A stretch of 64,000 bases of DNA from Octopus vulgaris (GCA_951406725.2 OX597814.1:219294001-219358000), one strand, 5' to 3'. Positions 26,098 to 39,430 are shown, counted from the first letter of the stretch. The notes: generated by a model not told the origin, from the letters alone. Numbers and translations: made by a program.

Positions 26098-26370
26098 TAT
26101 TATCAAATTTGTTATCTTCACTTCTTACGATTAATACTCAATAACTTAATTACAAATTTGTACCTTAAATTTGCCTTTATGTGACATTAGCATAATTCCA
26201 TCATAATTCCACCTGTCAATTTAATTCAGCGGAATCTGAAATGAATTGATTGGTCCCTGATGAAATTATGCGCATGTCACATAAATGCAAATTTAATGTA
26301 CAAATGTGTAATTAAATACGTGAGTATCAACAGAAACGGCCGTAAGATGCGAAGCTGACCAATTTGTTAA
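26098..26370 (+). repeat. Fold-back element (~105 bp arms) whose right arm carries hammerhead core motifs
   Basis: Arms at ~26098-26203 and ~26258-26370; CTGATGA at 26257 and GAAAC GGCC GTA at 26333-26344. Helices I and II are not clean. Confidence 0.65.
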
Positions 26371-26619
26371 TCTTTATATATAAAAGTGAGGTTGTGTGCT
26401 GTCTGTCTCCTACGATTTAGATTCCTAACTACTCCCACATTTTGCGGTGCAGTTTAACCAAAACCGGGTATCTTATAGTCGTGATTCATATCGAGCCCTT
26501 CTGGGTACTAGCGCGCCTCTACGATGAGTCTACGATTTAAAAAAAAATTTACCATCAATTTTTTCCATTTTAATGCATTTTTTCGCTATTATATAAGGGA
26601 AGTAACTCTCTAAAAATGT
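26371..26619 (+). mobile_element. Non-autonomous Helitron, 5' part
   Basis: A|TCTTTATATATAAAAG...; near-identical to 19082-19330. Confidence 0.85.
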
Positions 26620-27304
26620 ATGTATGAATGTATGTATGCATGTATGTATGTATGTATGTATGTATGTATGTATGTATGTATGTATGTATGTATGTATGCA
26701 TGCATGTATGCATGCATATTTGTACATGTATATGTGTATGTATATATTATACATACATACATACATACATACATACATACATACATTTACATATACATAT
26801 ACATACATACGTATGTGAAACCAGAAGAGACGAAACAATAGTTCAAACTTATTGCAAACTGTAAATATATAAGTCTGAAACACCCGGCTTTTAAACGCTG
26901 GGTTTTCTTACTAGACTCTTGGTTTTTATGAACATTATTGGGTGTGTGTGTGTGTATCATAGTAAGAGGGACGAAACTAATGGATGTTTTTGGTATTACT
27001 ATATATGTTTCTGTTGTGAAATTTTATTTAAAACACAAGAACATTATATAATTTAGCATGTAACAATATACAACCTGATATAGCATCATGTAGCACTGCA
27101 CTTTCACACGCTACACCATCGTAACCTTCGATGCCAATAAATTGTTATTGTTCCTGGCCGTATACTGTCCACCTTTTTGTTTTCTGTATCTGCTACGGAC
27201 TGCTTGAAGCTTACAAACTTCCTACACTTGGATCCATGGATCTTACCCTTGTATCTGTATCTATATCTTTATGTATATATATATTGTATATATTTATGTA
27301 TTTA

Positions 27305-27720
27305 CGGATCTTTTCAGTTTGAACGGCAGTTTTTTCTAGCGGTGTCATGAAATTGTTACCCATAATTATGACCCTAGAATCGATCTATTGCATTTCAATC
27401 TCTTTTAGGGTTAGGGTTAGGGGTGGGGAAAGGGTATCTTTTTTTCTTCACAAATGTAAATAAACCCAATCTGTTTCTTAAACGAGGGACATGTTTATAC
27501 GGCACAGAATGCTTTTTAACTCAATAGACGTCACTGATTGGTTGAAATTGCAGAAATTGAAGAAAAAAACAACAAATATCTTACAAACTATAGAATTTTC
27601 TCAATAAAGCTAAGAGAAAAAGATGTTTTATAAACACATTCTACCAGTATACGAAGTTTGAAATTCTTTTAGTTACCTAGAAATTATGTTAAAAACTGCC
27701 GTTCAAACCGAAAAGATCCG
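27305..27720. mobile_element. MITE with 30-bp TIRs, TA flanks and internal (TTAGGG)3
   Basis: TA|CGGATCTTTTCAGTTTGAACGGCAGTTTTT ... AAAAACTGCCGTTCAAACCGAAAAGATCCG|TA; telomere-type repeats at 27405-27422. Confidence 0.9.
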
Positions 27721-27850
27721 TATTTACGATAATATACATACACGCACACACACACATGCTTGCGCGCAACCATATTTATGCACATAGTAATATGTGTATG
27801 TAAAATTATCTGAAGAGTCTTTAAACATTTTCTTTGTTTTACATTTACAG

Positions 27851-28237
27851 CTGATGTTTATCATATTGCAAGCCGCCGTTATGCTGGACGCGAAATGCGT
27901 CCCGCTACACAAAGAGCTGACTCTTGGCGCCTCCATTAGATCCACGTGTCCCAACGCTAGCAGCGAAGAGTTGTGCCCATCAAAAACAGTAATTAACAAC
28001 GATACTGAGCATCGGCTGCCAATGATATTGCTTGAACGTCGTTGCTGTACGAAATTGTGTTTGAGCGGGAAACCCCACGTCTGCAAAGAACAGTACATGG
28101 AGATCATTGTCATGAAGCGACCGACTGTGAACGACCCCTACGTCAAGAAGAGCATGAACATTTCGGTTGGCTGTGTCTGCATGCGTAAGCGGGAGAAGAT
28201 TGATTTGCCAGAACCGACAATGGAGGAAAAGCGATAA
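27851..28237 (+). CDS. IL-17-like cystine-knot cytokine, coding exon 2 (total protein ~138 aa)
   Basis: Polypyrimidine tract plus TTTACAG acceptor. The IL-17 pattern reads LCP....N.D..R.P..LLE..CC...C......C.....I.V.KR......Y......ISVGCVC. Confidence 0.85.
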   Translation: MMFIILQAAVMLDAKCVPLHKELTLGASIRSTCPNASSEELCPSKTVINNDTEHRLPMILLERRCCTKLCLSGKPHVCKEQYMEIIVMKRPTVNDPYVKKSMNISVGCVCMRKREKIDLPEPTMEEKR

Positions 28238-28406
28238 CAACATCAACAACAACATGAACAACAAACAACAACATGAACAACAACAACAACGACGTCGACA
28301 AAGATTTGAAATTACGATACACCTTTTATTTTTTTAAAAATAATTTTAAATGAAATGGTTAAACTCGAAAAAGTCAAGATGTACATACATACATATGCAA
28401 ACATAC

Positions 28407-28445
<39 letters not shown>

Positions 28446-28662
28446 AATATACACATACATACAAACATATGTATATATATATATATACATACATACATAC
28501 ATACATACATACATACATACATGCAAATATACACATACATACAAACACGTACATATATGTATATACGTGTACACACATACATACAAACATACATATATAC
28601 ATACATACACATTTCAAACATATACATACAAAAATATAAACATATACACACACACACACACA

Positions 28663-28708
<46 letters not shown>

Positions 28709-29671
28709 GCAATAGAGAATATGCAAACCTTAGACCAACTTCTCTATCAACATAGAAACAGTGACAACCATTGAAAGCGTAACTTTGCAATACTCTCTAC
28801 TCCACTACATTCCACGTTTTACTGTCTTTTTTATTTTGTCCTCTTATACAGCAGTGTATTGATATAAGATATGGAGCTGAGGTGGTTGTCTGATGGAATA
28901 ATATCCTACCATCTTTAAAACAAATTCACACAAGCATACAAAAATACACATTGGACAGTTTAGTCATGGTTATACAACAAAAATATTTGAAATAGAAAAA
29001 AGATATTTTTTACATTATACAACCTTTTTTTTTACAAATTTGCATAACTATTTTACAATATTATATAATGATACATTTTTATACTGCATTTTATTACACA
29101 TTGCAGAATGAGTATTCATAAGTTTTATATTTCATTCTTATGGGCATATATTTTTACATTTACAGAAGTCAAATATTTTTATATATGTATATTTTTATAT
29201 ATGTACATTTTTTATATAATATCGATGTATATTTTTATATTTTTATATAATATATTCATAGAAAATTATATATATATATATATTTCAATAAAATATTTTT
29301 GTAAGATATTTAGTGTCAGTGGTTATTTATTTCTATTAATTTCTGTTTTAGTGAAGCATTGGGATCGATGGAGTTGCCTTAACCTTCCCCTCAAATTTAC
29401 TAGCTTTGTGTCTAAATTTATAACATTTTGATCTTTCCCATTAATCAGTCGCTATAAAATCAAGAACACAAAATAGAAAATAAGTCATCTTCCTCATAGA
29501 TTTTGATTTTTACTTCTCATTTTCAGAAAAGCAATAAGGAAATTAAAACCTCAAATATCTCAGAGCGTAATACAATTACAAACATACGAAGAGCCTTTCA
29601 GAAGTTTTGAGACTTTATTTTTTTTACTATAGGCAGTTATAACTGTCCAAGATTCTTGTAATTTTGGTACA

Positions 29672-29906
29672 TCAATATCTATAAAGCTGAAATGCGAAAA
29701 AGTTGTTTGATTTCTTGGTTATTTGTCTCATTTTGGGATGGGAACGGTTTAAGGGGCGGTAGATGGGGTCGGATTGGCACCAAAATTTACACTGGGGTGT
29801 AAAATGGAGTGGGCAATGGTGTGAGGAGGGTTGCAAATCGCTTGGGGCTACCGTTTGGTTGCCATCACCACCAAAAGCCGAGCGAAGCACGGGTCAAAAT
29901 AGCTAG
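29672..29906 (+). mobile_element. Small non-autonomous Helitron of a second family
   Basis: A|TCAATATCTATAAAG 5' end; hairpin CCGAGCGAAGCACGG before CTAG|T. Confidence 0.7.
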
Positions 29907-30049
29907 TCGTTACTATATTTCTAATAAGCTGACCTGCCAACTTTTGTTATCCTAGATTGAAGGAGGTGGTTGTAAAAGCCCTTTGAACACACCCAACTAA
30001 AAGGTGCTTGTCACAGCTGGCTAGTTTGCAAAATGCAATCAGGACGTGA

Positions 30050-30300
30050 AGACAGTTTGGAAGCTCGCCATGCGATGCAGTTTTGTGTTAAACAGAAAAT
30101 TATAAAATGCTCCAGACAGTTAATGGATTAACTTGTATCATCCGAGCATCTGTTTTTCGCTAACACAAGAAGCCAGGCAAAGCAAGTCCACTAGGAAGCT
30201 CAAGATGAACTCCGTTTTCGACAGCAAGGGTTTCATCTACATCCGCTGTGTCCCCTCTGACCAGACAGTCAACAATGGATACTTTGTGAAAGATACAACC
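30050..30300 (+). mobile_element. Mariner transposase remnant
   Basis: EARQSKSTRKLKMNSVFDSKGFIYIRCVPSDQTVNNGYFVK resembles mariner KAR.S.S..K.M..VFFD..G......VP.GQTVN..YY. Confidence 0.7.
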
Positions 30301-30534
30301 TCGAGACAACGAATAAGTAAAGAAACTCTCTTTATTACAAAATACAGGCCACTTCTTAACGGGTCTACGACAAACGATTAATATACCTCAACTTTAGAAT
30401 AACAGAAATATACACACACAAATATTACATTCCAAAGAATCCATTACAAATCAGCCCCAATCACAGCTATAATCCATAACGTGCCAACTTCAAGTCATAC
30501 AACACCTCGCTACTTTCACTCATTCATATTCTCC

Positions 30535-30780
30535 CTTCTCTTTTTCTTCTTCTTCCTCTTCTTCTTCATCATCATCATTATCATCATCATCATCGTCATC
30601 ACCATCATCATCATCTTCTTCTTCTCTTCTCTTCTTCTTCTTCTTCTTCATCATCATCATTATCATCATCATCATCGTCATCACCATCATCATCATCTTC
30701 TTCTTCTCCTTCTCCTTCTTCTTCTTCTTCTTCATCATCATCATCATCATCATCAACATCGTCATCTTCTTCTTCTGCTC
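30535..30780. repeat. (CAT)n/(CTT)n compound microsatellite
   Basis: Directly visible. Confidence 0.95.
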
Positions 30781-31126
30781 CACCTTCTACCTCTTAACTT
30801 TATCACTAATGCTTTTTAGTATAACACCTACGCAAATTCCATAAACAAACCTTTCAATAGAAATATTCTCCTGAATTGAACTGCAACTGCTAGCCGCCAC
30901 TGACCATTCAAAATACGACCATCAAGGCACTCCCAAATTTTTCCACCCCTCTCCTCATCAACCTTCTTCTTCTTCTACCCTACCAAGAATTCACAACGGC
31001 CTCGAACACACAAGTGCAAACAAGGGAGACAGAGAAAGGCAGAATGCCACTTATATTTGAACACTATACAAATATTCCTTTAAAAAAACTTTTCCTTTAA
31101 TTTTTCTAAATTTAATTATTTAATCG

Positions 31127-31170
31127 TTACAGTTGAAAAGGTCTCAAAATGACCGAAACCGGTACTGAAA
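31127..31170 (+). ncRNA. Degenerate minimal hammerhead motif upstream of (TA)n
   Basis: UUACAG UUGAAAA GGUC ucaaaau GACC GAAAC CG GUA CUGAAA. Helices are intact, with two transitions in the CUGAAGA box. Confidence 0.6.
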
Positions 31171-31407
31171 TGTTCTTTATAAAATTATTTTAGCATTTTC
31201 TATTTTGACTTGTTTTTTTCATATATATATATATATATATATATAAGAGAGATGGGGAGAGATAGACAGGGAGGGAGGGGAGAGAGCGCGGAAAGGAGAG
31301 AGAAGTGAGAAGGATATATTAAATGCACGAACTTTATTAATTACTTTGATAATTACGCTACATCCGGGTTCATTCTTGTTTTGTTTTGCTTTTACTAATC
31401 ACTTATT

Positions 31408-31590
31408 AAGGCAGCAAGCTAGCAGAAACGTTAGTATGCCGGACAAAACGATTAGCTGCATTTCGTCCGTCTTGCCTTACATCCTTTTCGGGTCGATGAA
31501 ATAGGTACCTGTTGCGTACTCGGGTCAATGTAATCGACTTACCCCTTCCATTAAAATTGTTGGCCTTGTACCACAATTTGAAGTCATTAA
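31408..31590 (+). mobile_element. SINE family B, degenerate
   Basis: AGGCAGCAAGCTAGCAGAAACGTTAG...CATCCTTTTCGGGTCGATGAAATAGGTACC. Confidence 0.75.
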
Positions 31591-32740
31591 TTACTTATTC
31601 CGCAATTTGTAAAATAATAACACGATTAACTATCTTTGTATGTTGCTAAAGAGTTTTTTTATAAAACTGCGTACATTAAAGTCCCTTCAATGCAGCTATT
31701 TTCGGAATTATAGCAATATCACAGTTTACTTCCGTTTCAATCTAATATGATAAATGCAAAAAGTAATTTCCGTGTGTCAATGTGTCACACTTCGACCCCC
31801 CTCTCTCACTATTTATTGACACTTTTACTATTGCTCATAATGGGGTGAGGGTAATAGTAGGCATAGTGACGGTGAGGGCAGTGGCAAAGACACAGAGAGA
31901 GAGAGAGAAAGAAAAAGAGAAGGAGAGAAGGAGAGACAAAGAAATTTAGGGAAAGTTGATGTTTTTACTAAAAATAGTAGTGCTGATGGTGGCAGTAGGA
32001 ATAATAAGAGAGAGAGAGGGAGGGAGAGAGAGAGAGAGATACCGGGTATGTGAGAAAAAGAGGGACTAAACACTGAACCAACATACTGAACCAACATACT
32101 GAACCAACATACTGAACGATGGTAATAGGACGATAATAATAGTATGAGCTGTAGTTGTGATAGAGACGGAGGCGGGGTGGTGGTGGTGGTGGTGGTGGTG
32201 GTGGTGGTGGTGGTAGCCGAGATGGTCAGGGATGACGGTGAGAGTAAGTGATGTGAAAGACAGTGATGATGGTGGAGGAGGGAAAGGCGGCGAACTCAAA
32301 GGTATTGATGGTGGTGGCGTCAGAAGTCTGAATGGTGTGTGTGTGTGTGTGTGTGTGTGGCAGATGTGGTGACGATGGTGGTGGTACTGTTGTTTATCAA
32401 GCAGCTTTGCAATAAGTTCCAAGTCGACAAATTATATCTCTGTTTTGAAGTACATTGTTCATTGCTTGAAAAATATTGTTCAAGTTTAATAAAATTTATA
32501 TATACTCAATGCATTGTTGGGCCCAAGGCCTAATGAAGAGCCCTCAACGGGAGCTAGCTGAAAAGCCACCCTATCGGGCGGTTTTTAAGCTAGTTATATA
32601 TATTTCTAATTTTAGAAATAAAAATTTGTAAGTGTATTGCGGAAATAAATGTGCATCGATATTATTGTACGAGAGTATTTATTCATCCAATCAGTTGGCT
32701 TACACGGTAATGTTGTCCACACATTCTATTCTCACAGTCA

Positions 32741-33124
32741 GTGGAGGCGCAATGGCCCAGTGGTTAGGGCAGCAGACTCGCGGTCGTAGGATCGCGGTTT
32801 CGATTCCCAGACCGGGCGTTGTGAGTGTTTATTGATCGAAAACACCTAAAAGCTCCACGAGGCTCCGGCAGGGGATGGTGGTGATCCCTGCTGTACTCTT
32901 TCACCACAACTTTCTCTCACTCTTACTTCCTGTTTCTGTTGTACCTGTATTTCAAAGGGCCGGCCTTGTCACTCTCTGTGTCATGCTGAATATCCCCGAG
33001 AACTGGGTTAAGGGTACACGTGTCTGTGGAGTGCTCAGCCACTTACACGTTAATTTCACGAGCAGGCTATTCCGTTGATTCGGATCAACCGGAACCCTCG
33101 TCGTCGCAACCGACGGAGTGCTTC
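32741..33124 (+). mobile_element. SINE family C, full length
   Basis: Near-identical to other C copies. Confidence 0.92.
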
Positions 33125-33606
33125 TTCTCTTTCTTCTTCTCACACTCTTTTCGCCACTTCTTTGTCTTAAAATGGTTTTTATTATTCACCCTTTCAGTAT
33201 TCCAAAATGAAAAGATTAGAAATGGAAAGCAATAATTTTAAAACGAAAATGCAAAATCATAAATGGAGAAGAATACTGGGAAAAACCTTCCAGTTGTGGC
33301 GTAAGAATTTCATTTTATGTTACTCAGCTAAGAAAAATAATTGAATGATATTAAGTGCGCAGCCCTTGCAAGCTGCGAGGATATCTCATCGAAAAGTGGT
33401 CAACTTTAGTTCTCGCATTTATCAACATAAATGAGTAACTGATCAAAAGTAGCGAATAAACACGCTTATAATGCAAGTAGTTATTTATTTTAAGAAATTC
33501 AAAGGTAGGAAAGAAGGTGACTACGAAGAAATGTTTACTGCAAAAAATGGCTGGATTTATGAAAAAAAAAAAAATCAAGCCGGTTGCGAAATGTAAATGT
33601 ACGTGG

Positions 33607-33844
33607 AGAAGAAGAAGAAGAAGAAGAAGAAGAAGAAGAAGAAGAAGAAGAAGAAGAAGAAGAAGAAGAAGAAGAAGAAGAAGAAGAAGAAGAAGAAGAA
33701 GGAGGAGAAGAAGAGAAGAAGAAGAAGAAGAAGGAGGAGGAGGAGGAGGAGAAGAAGAAGAAGAAGAAGAAGAAGAAGAAGAAGAAGAAGAAGAAGAAGA
33801 AGAAGAAGAAGAAGAAGAAGAAGAAGAAGAAGAAGAAGAAGAAG
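33607..33844. repeat. (GAA)n microsatellite
   Basis: Directly visible. Confidence 0.98.
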
Positions 33845-33845
33845 G

Positions 33846-34091
33846 GCAGACGAAATACCTATTTCTTTACTACCCACAAGGGGCTAAACACAGAGAGGAC
33901 GAACAAGGACAGACAAATGGATTAAGTCGATTATATCGACCCCAGTGCGTAACTGGTACTTATTTAATCGACCCCGAAAGGATGAAAGGCAAAGTCGACC
34001 TCGGCGGAATTTGAACTCAGAGCGTAGCGGCAAACGAAATACCGCTAAGCATTTCGCCCGGCGTGCTAACGATTCTGCCAGCTCGCCGCCT
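33846..34091 (-). mobile_element. SINE family B
   Basis: Reverse complement of the family B sequence. Confidence 0.9.
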
Positions 34092-34319
34092 TAGTTAATA
34101 AATGATATTCACAAAAAAGATGGCTTCACACGAAAAGAATTTTGGGAATCCTCTCATGATTTAGGGGCAGTAAAAAGGATTTTAAAACCTGAAACAAATT
34201 ACAAAATAAATAAATAAATATAATAAACAACCGCCTACACACACACACACACACACACAAAAAAAAAAAACAAATACGAAAGATATTGGGAACAAATTCT
34301 AACACCAATTCATTGATGA

Positions 34320-34709
34320 CTAGCAGTATCGCCCGGCGTTGCTCGGGTTTGTAAGGGAAATAACTATATAAGCATTTTTAGAGATGTAAAGTATAATAGC
34401 CATCTCAATATGGCTAACCACAAAGGGGGGGGGTGTTACTGTAGCTTTTTACCTTCTGAGATTTAATAATACATTTTTAGAGAGTTACTTCCCTTATATA
34501 ATTGCAAAAAAAATGCATTAAAAATGGAAAAAATGATGGTAAATTGTTTTTAAAATCGTAGACGCTCGCTAATACCCAGAAGGGTTCGATATGAATCACG
34601 ACTATAAGATACCTGCTTTTGGTTACACTGCACCGCAAAATGTGGAAGTAGTTAGGAATCTAAATCGTAGGAGACAGACAGCACACAACCTCACTTTTAT
34701 ATATAGAGA
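34320..34709 (-). mobile_element. Non-autonomous Helitron
   Basis: On the + strand it reads A|CTAG...GA|T, with the same termini as 19082 and a different internal module. Confidence 0.88.
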
Positions 34710-34859
34710 TTTGGGCAAGAATTGGCAAACCAGAGACCGAGTGTTCGGGATGAAGTAAAAACCGTCTTAGCATTGAATTCTTAAATACTACCTAAAAAAA
34801 GAGGGAGAGAAGAGGTGACAACAATCGGTATTCTCGCTGCTGCTCATTATTTGTAAGAT

Positions 34860-35160
34860 TATAGGATTTAGTCACACGTATATGCCTGATTGATTGCACC
34901 CTCAAAGAAAATCTGCTGGATGCGCTAAGTGGTCTCAAACACTGTCGGTGGCTTCACGTCGATATTATAGGTACAGGAGAAAGACGCAGAAGAAATACGC
35001 CGCGCAAAGAATGGAGATCTATGTTATCTTTATCGACTTGATGAGAGACTTCAATTCGTAAAGATGTGGATCATCTTTGTCAAGTTCGATTGCCCACAAA
35101 AATTCACTCGCTTCATCCACCTCTGTTACAGTGGTAGAGCTGGATCAGTGCTAGTTACGT
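34860..35160 (+). mobile_element. Old RTE-clade RT remnant
   Basis: EIYVIFIDLMRDFNS and MWIIFVKFDCPQKFTRFIHLCY resemble RTE LY..FIDL.KAFDSV and LW.IL.KFGCP.KF...I. Confidence 0.65.
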
Positions 35161-35553
35161 CAGACCGACCGTACCTTTTGAAAAAGGAGTGACAGACACT
35201 AAGCTGAGGCTCTAATCACTTGTTCAATTACTGTGTCAAAGATAATTTTCAGTATTTTAGCGCAGCACCAAAACGGTTGAAAGCTTGTGTTAGTAATGGA
35301 ACCAGTTGACGTAGTCAGCAACTTTCTAGCTTGTGATCAAAGGAAACCTCTCAGCGTGAAACCTTCTCCTTATGGTTCATCATATTCCCCACTAGCCTTG
35401 ATGGAATAAACCACAACTGAATCCATCGAAAATGAGAATGTATTGTGCTTTCCTCACCTGCAATGAGCCACCTGTGATGATGGATTTTTAGCATCCAGCT
35501 TGAATGTTACACATACTAGTTAGAGGTATTGCGATATTTATTTTATTGATCAA

Positions 35554-35936
35554 CTAGCAATATCGCCCGGCGTTGCTCGGGTTTGTAAGGGAAATAACTA
35601 TAAAGCATTTTTAGAGAGTTATAGCCAAAAAATAGCAAATAAATGGAAAAAAAATTATGGTAAATTATTTTTTGAGAGTTAAAAAGGTCGAGTTGCGCCC
35701 CCTAGACAGTCTGTTGTTTGTGTTTCTGATTCTCGACCCCATGTCGAATTTATCGATTATTTTCAGAACTGGGGGAACTTTTCAAAGTTGTCGCTGCGTT
35801 AGTTTTGAATTATGACATTGGGCTATGTGTGTGTCAAGTTTCATCAGAATCGGTTGAAAGCCGTGGTCAGGGTGAGGGTACAACCTGACAGACACACAGA
35901 CACGCAGACAGACAAACTGCCGTTTATATATAGAGA
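35554..35936 (-). mobile_element. Non-autonomous Helitron with the shared 3' end but a different 5' half
   Basis: A|CTAGCAATATCGCCCGGCGTTGCTCGGG at 35554. The other end reads ...AAGTTTCATCAGAATCGG...CAGACAGACAAAC...TATATATAGA. Confidence 0.8.
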
Positions 35937-35957
35937 GAAGATATTACATTTTGACGT

Positions 35958-36570
35958 AAGGTGGCGTGCAAGCAGAATCGTTAGCACACCGGACAAAATT
36001 CTTATCGGCATTTCGTCCGAGTTTAGGTTCTGAATTTAAATTCCGCCACGGTTAACCTTACCTTTCATTCTTTCGGAGTTAATAAAAGAAGAACCAGTTT
36101 TGAACACTCGGGTTGATGTAATCGACTTACCCACTTCGCTCGAAATTGCTGGCCTTGTTCCAAAATTTGAAACCATTATTATTATTATTATTGCAAGTGA
36201 AAAAGGCGGCAAGCTGGCAGAAATGTTAGCACGCCGGGCGAAATGCTCAGCGGTATTTCGTCCGTCTTTACATTCTGAGTTTAAATTCCGCCGAGGTCGA
36301 CTTTGCCTTTCATCCTTTCAGGGTCGATTAAATAAGTACCAGTTATGCACTGGGGTCGATGTAGTTGACTTAATCCCTTTGTCTGTCTTTGTTTGTCCTC
36401 TCTGTGTTTAGCCCCTTGTGGGCAGTAAAGAAATGGGTATTTCGTCTGTCTTTACGTTCTGACTTCAAATTCCTCCAAGGCCGACTTTGCCTTTCACCCT
36501 TTTGAGGTCGATGTAATCGACTCATCCCCTCCCCCGAAATCGCTGGCTTTGTCCCAAAAATTTGTAACCA
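35958..36570 (+). mobile_element. Cluster of three SINE B copies or units
   Basis: Family B head and Deu-like segments repeat at ~35958, ~36203 and ~36437. Confidence 0.82.
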
Positions 36571-37036
36571 TTATTGTTGCAAATAGAATACGTCGATTTT
36601 ATCGAATTTTGTTGTTTTGAGCTAAGTAATTTTGGATTTTGTCGTACCATTTTGGTATTAAGCCAACTGGCTGCTTCTGATGTTAGTTGACGCAGTGAAA
36701 TTTTCATCCCTTTGAAGCTAATTTTGACTGTATAAAGCTAAAGCAAATATATATACTTAAAAAAAATGCTTTGTGGCTTCTCAAATCAAGGGAGGAGATG
36801 GCTCTTTGAAGAGCCATTACGAAAATAGGTCCCCTTTACTACTTACTACACTTAGCAATGTAATGATAACAATAATAATGACGATAACATCGACAAAGCA
36901 ACACAAATGAAAAAAGACGTGAAAGTAATACTACCTCTACCACTGCAGTATATACTAACCACAATAGTGACAAACAAAATAAAGAGAACATTGAAACAAA
37001 CTCAACCGCCACCACCATCACTAGCACAAACTTTAA

Positions 37037-37546
37037 TCTATATATATAAAACTGTAGTTGTGTGAGTGTCTGTCCCCTTCGATTTAGATTCCTAACTATT
37101 CCCACATTTTGCGGTGCAGTTTAACCAAAAGCGGGTATCTTCTAGTCGTGATTCATATTGAGCCCGTCTGAGTATTAGCGCGCGTCTACGATGAGTCTAC
37201 GATTTTAAAAATAATTTAACATCATTTTTTATTCCATTTTAATGCATAATTTTTCGTGTTGATGGCGGCGGAGTTGGCGTCCATGGTCACACCTGCAACT
37301 GTTTGCTTCTCCCCTTCTTCCCTCCCTCGTGAAGCTGTGGGGAAGGGAGTGTAAGGAAATCAACGTCGTAAAGCGTTGTCAAGGAGACCAGCGTTCTTTT
37401 AGAACAACGACTTCATGGCTTGAAGACACCAAAACAGAAATGGCTAAGAAAGCCCGAATTGGCATCTATAAGGGAAGTAACTCTCTAAAAATGCTTATAT
37501 AGTTATTTCCCTTACAAACCCGAGCAATGCCGGGCGATACTACTAG
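37037..37546 (+). mobile_element. Non-autonomous Helitron with a ~215 bp GC-richer internal module
   Basis: A|TC...CTAG|T; near-identical to 41258-41770. Confidence 0.9.
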
Positions 37547-38064
37547 TACAATATAAATAGTAAACACCGAGGCTTGCAAACTAAGTGGGAAAGAATTCGT
37601 GATTGTGTGTATAAAACTACAGGCAGTTTATTTATCAGACAAAATAACTAAAGAATTCAAAAGCTAATCTCGCAAAAGATGGTAGAATAATTTACAAAAA
37701 CGCATTGTAAACAAGTCCAAGAGGAAACCTTAAGAAAAACCATATTATACAAATATGTTGGATTCTAAATGGGGTGACGTGAGCAAGAGATGCGGACTCA
37801 GATTTAAAAGTGTCTTAAATCAATCTGAGGTGTAAATGCCTGCTTCAAGAGGTCGAGGAAGACGTTATGGCACAGTTGAGGTGAAGTTTAAAACGGAAGA
37901 AGCCAAAGAAAATTCAACAAAACTAAATAGCTATTAACTGCTCCTGATTCCAACATACGATCGGGGAATTGTAAAGATAGAGGTGGCAGAGGTACCAACA
38001 GAAGTAGATATTTCTCTGCTGGTGGCGGAAGTTGAATACAGTGTAGAAAATAAATTCTGTATTT

Positions 38065-38438
38065 TACAAGATCTTGCAGTGCATTCTGTTTTTTTATCAA
38101 TTTGACAGCTTTGATAGCATTTATAAGTGCATCATTCAAACGGCCTGCCATGTGTTTGGCGACCAGATGCTGTCGATGAAGAACACAGTGCATGCAAAGC
38201 ACATTAGGAACAGCTTTTTTTAAGTAAGCACTGAATCCCCGATGTCTTCCGCCATCTGTTGCACAAAAATACATACATACATGTTAATATTTTATGATTC
38301 CCAAATTTTCTGTGCTGCACCCCCCCCCCCCCGCGCAGGCTCCTATGGCTCCATATTTTTCAAACTTAGCCTTGTGGCTCCCTAGAAATGTTTCATGGTC
38401 CCCTAGGGAGCTATATGGCTCCTGTTGAGAAACCCTGC
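38065..38438 (-). mobile_element. hAT (Charlie/Buster-like) transposase remnant and terminus
   Basis: CATDG...LKKAVPNVLCMHCVLHRQHLVAK (CxxH motif); terminus CAGGGTTTCTCAAC on the minus strand near 38437. Confidence 0.8.
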
Positions 38439-38506
38439 TCTAAATCAATCAAATGGTTTAAGCATAGAATTGAACTTCTGGCACAATGATGGCAATAGAT
38501 AATAGT

Positions 38507-38823
38507 ACCAGCCAATGTAAAATGCAGACGCATACTAACAATATTCTTAACAATTAAATCTGGAAAAATAGAGGAAAAGAAAAAAAAAAACCTCATTAAA
38601 ATTTGAGCTTAAAATATTACTCTTAGGTACTACTTCATATCTTTTTTAAAATTCGATTAATTTCACTTTTTTGTACCAAATGAATTAATAAAAAATTTTA
38701 AATTCGAATTTTAGCATCAATATTTTAAGCTCTAATTTTAATGATTTTTTTTTTCTTGTCCTCTACTTTCCAGCTTTAATTGTTAAGAACATTGTTAGTA
38801 TGCGTGCCCATTTTTCATTGGCT
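38507..38823. repeat. AT-rich palindromic element, ~110 bp inverted arms
   Basis: AGCCAATG...GCATACTAACAAT.TTCTTAACAATTAAA...GAGCTTAAAATATT (~38507-38618) versus its reverse complement at ~38720-38823. Confidence 0.75.
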
Positions 38824-39088
38824 AGTCCAGTGTCTTTACAGGAATAGCAGTAATAGTAAAATTTTAATAAAAAATATATAAAATTACCATTTTTTGCAGT
38901 CATTTTGAATTTAAAAATTTCCAAGAAAATGACTTTATTTCAAAGAGATTAAATTAATATTGAATAGAATATAATTACACATAGCATTTGCCTTTTCTGA
39001 ACAGCCTTACTACAGACTTCAGTACCGCTCATTGAGACAAAGCCACAAATAATCATATTCTATTTACTATAAAATTAATAAATAAATT

Positions 39089-39430
39089 GTGGAGGCGCAA
39101 TGGCCCAGTGGTTAGGGCAGCGGAATCGCGGTCATAGGATCACGGTTTCGATTCCCAGACCGGGCGTTGTGAGTGTTTATTGAGCGAAAACACCTAAAAG
39201 CTCCAGGATGGAGATGGTGGTGATCCCTGCTGTACTCTTTCACCACATCTTTCTCTTACTTCCTGTTTCTGTTGTACCTGTATTTGTCACTCTCTGCGTC
39301 ACGCTGAATATCCCCGAGAACTACGTTAAGGGTACATGTGTCTGTGGTACACGTTAATTTCACGAGCAGGCTGTTCCGTTGATTCGGATCAACCGGAACC
39401 CTCGTCGTCGTAACCGACGGAGTGCTTCCA
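39089..39430 (+). mobile_element. SINE family C with internal deletions and TSD
   Basis: TSD AATAAATAAATT at 39077-39088 and 39436-39447. Confidence 0.9.

Noticed and set aside
27794-27850. N-terminus of the 147-aa ORF as part of the IL-17 protein
   Set aside because: It is an intron end (polypyrimidine tract plus CAG); a better signal-peptide exon exists at 25226-25255.
32528-32595. CTAATGA...GAAA resembling a hammerhead
   Set aside because: There is no helix II or III. The hairpin ending in CTAGT is better explained as a Helitron 3' end.
33517-34014. Poly-R/E/K ORFs
   Set aside because: These are translations of a (GAA)n tract running into a SINE.
37640-38040. Possible LINE ORF1 remnant
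   Set aside because: Too degenerate to assign by eye.
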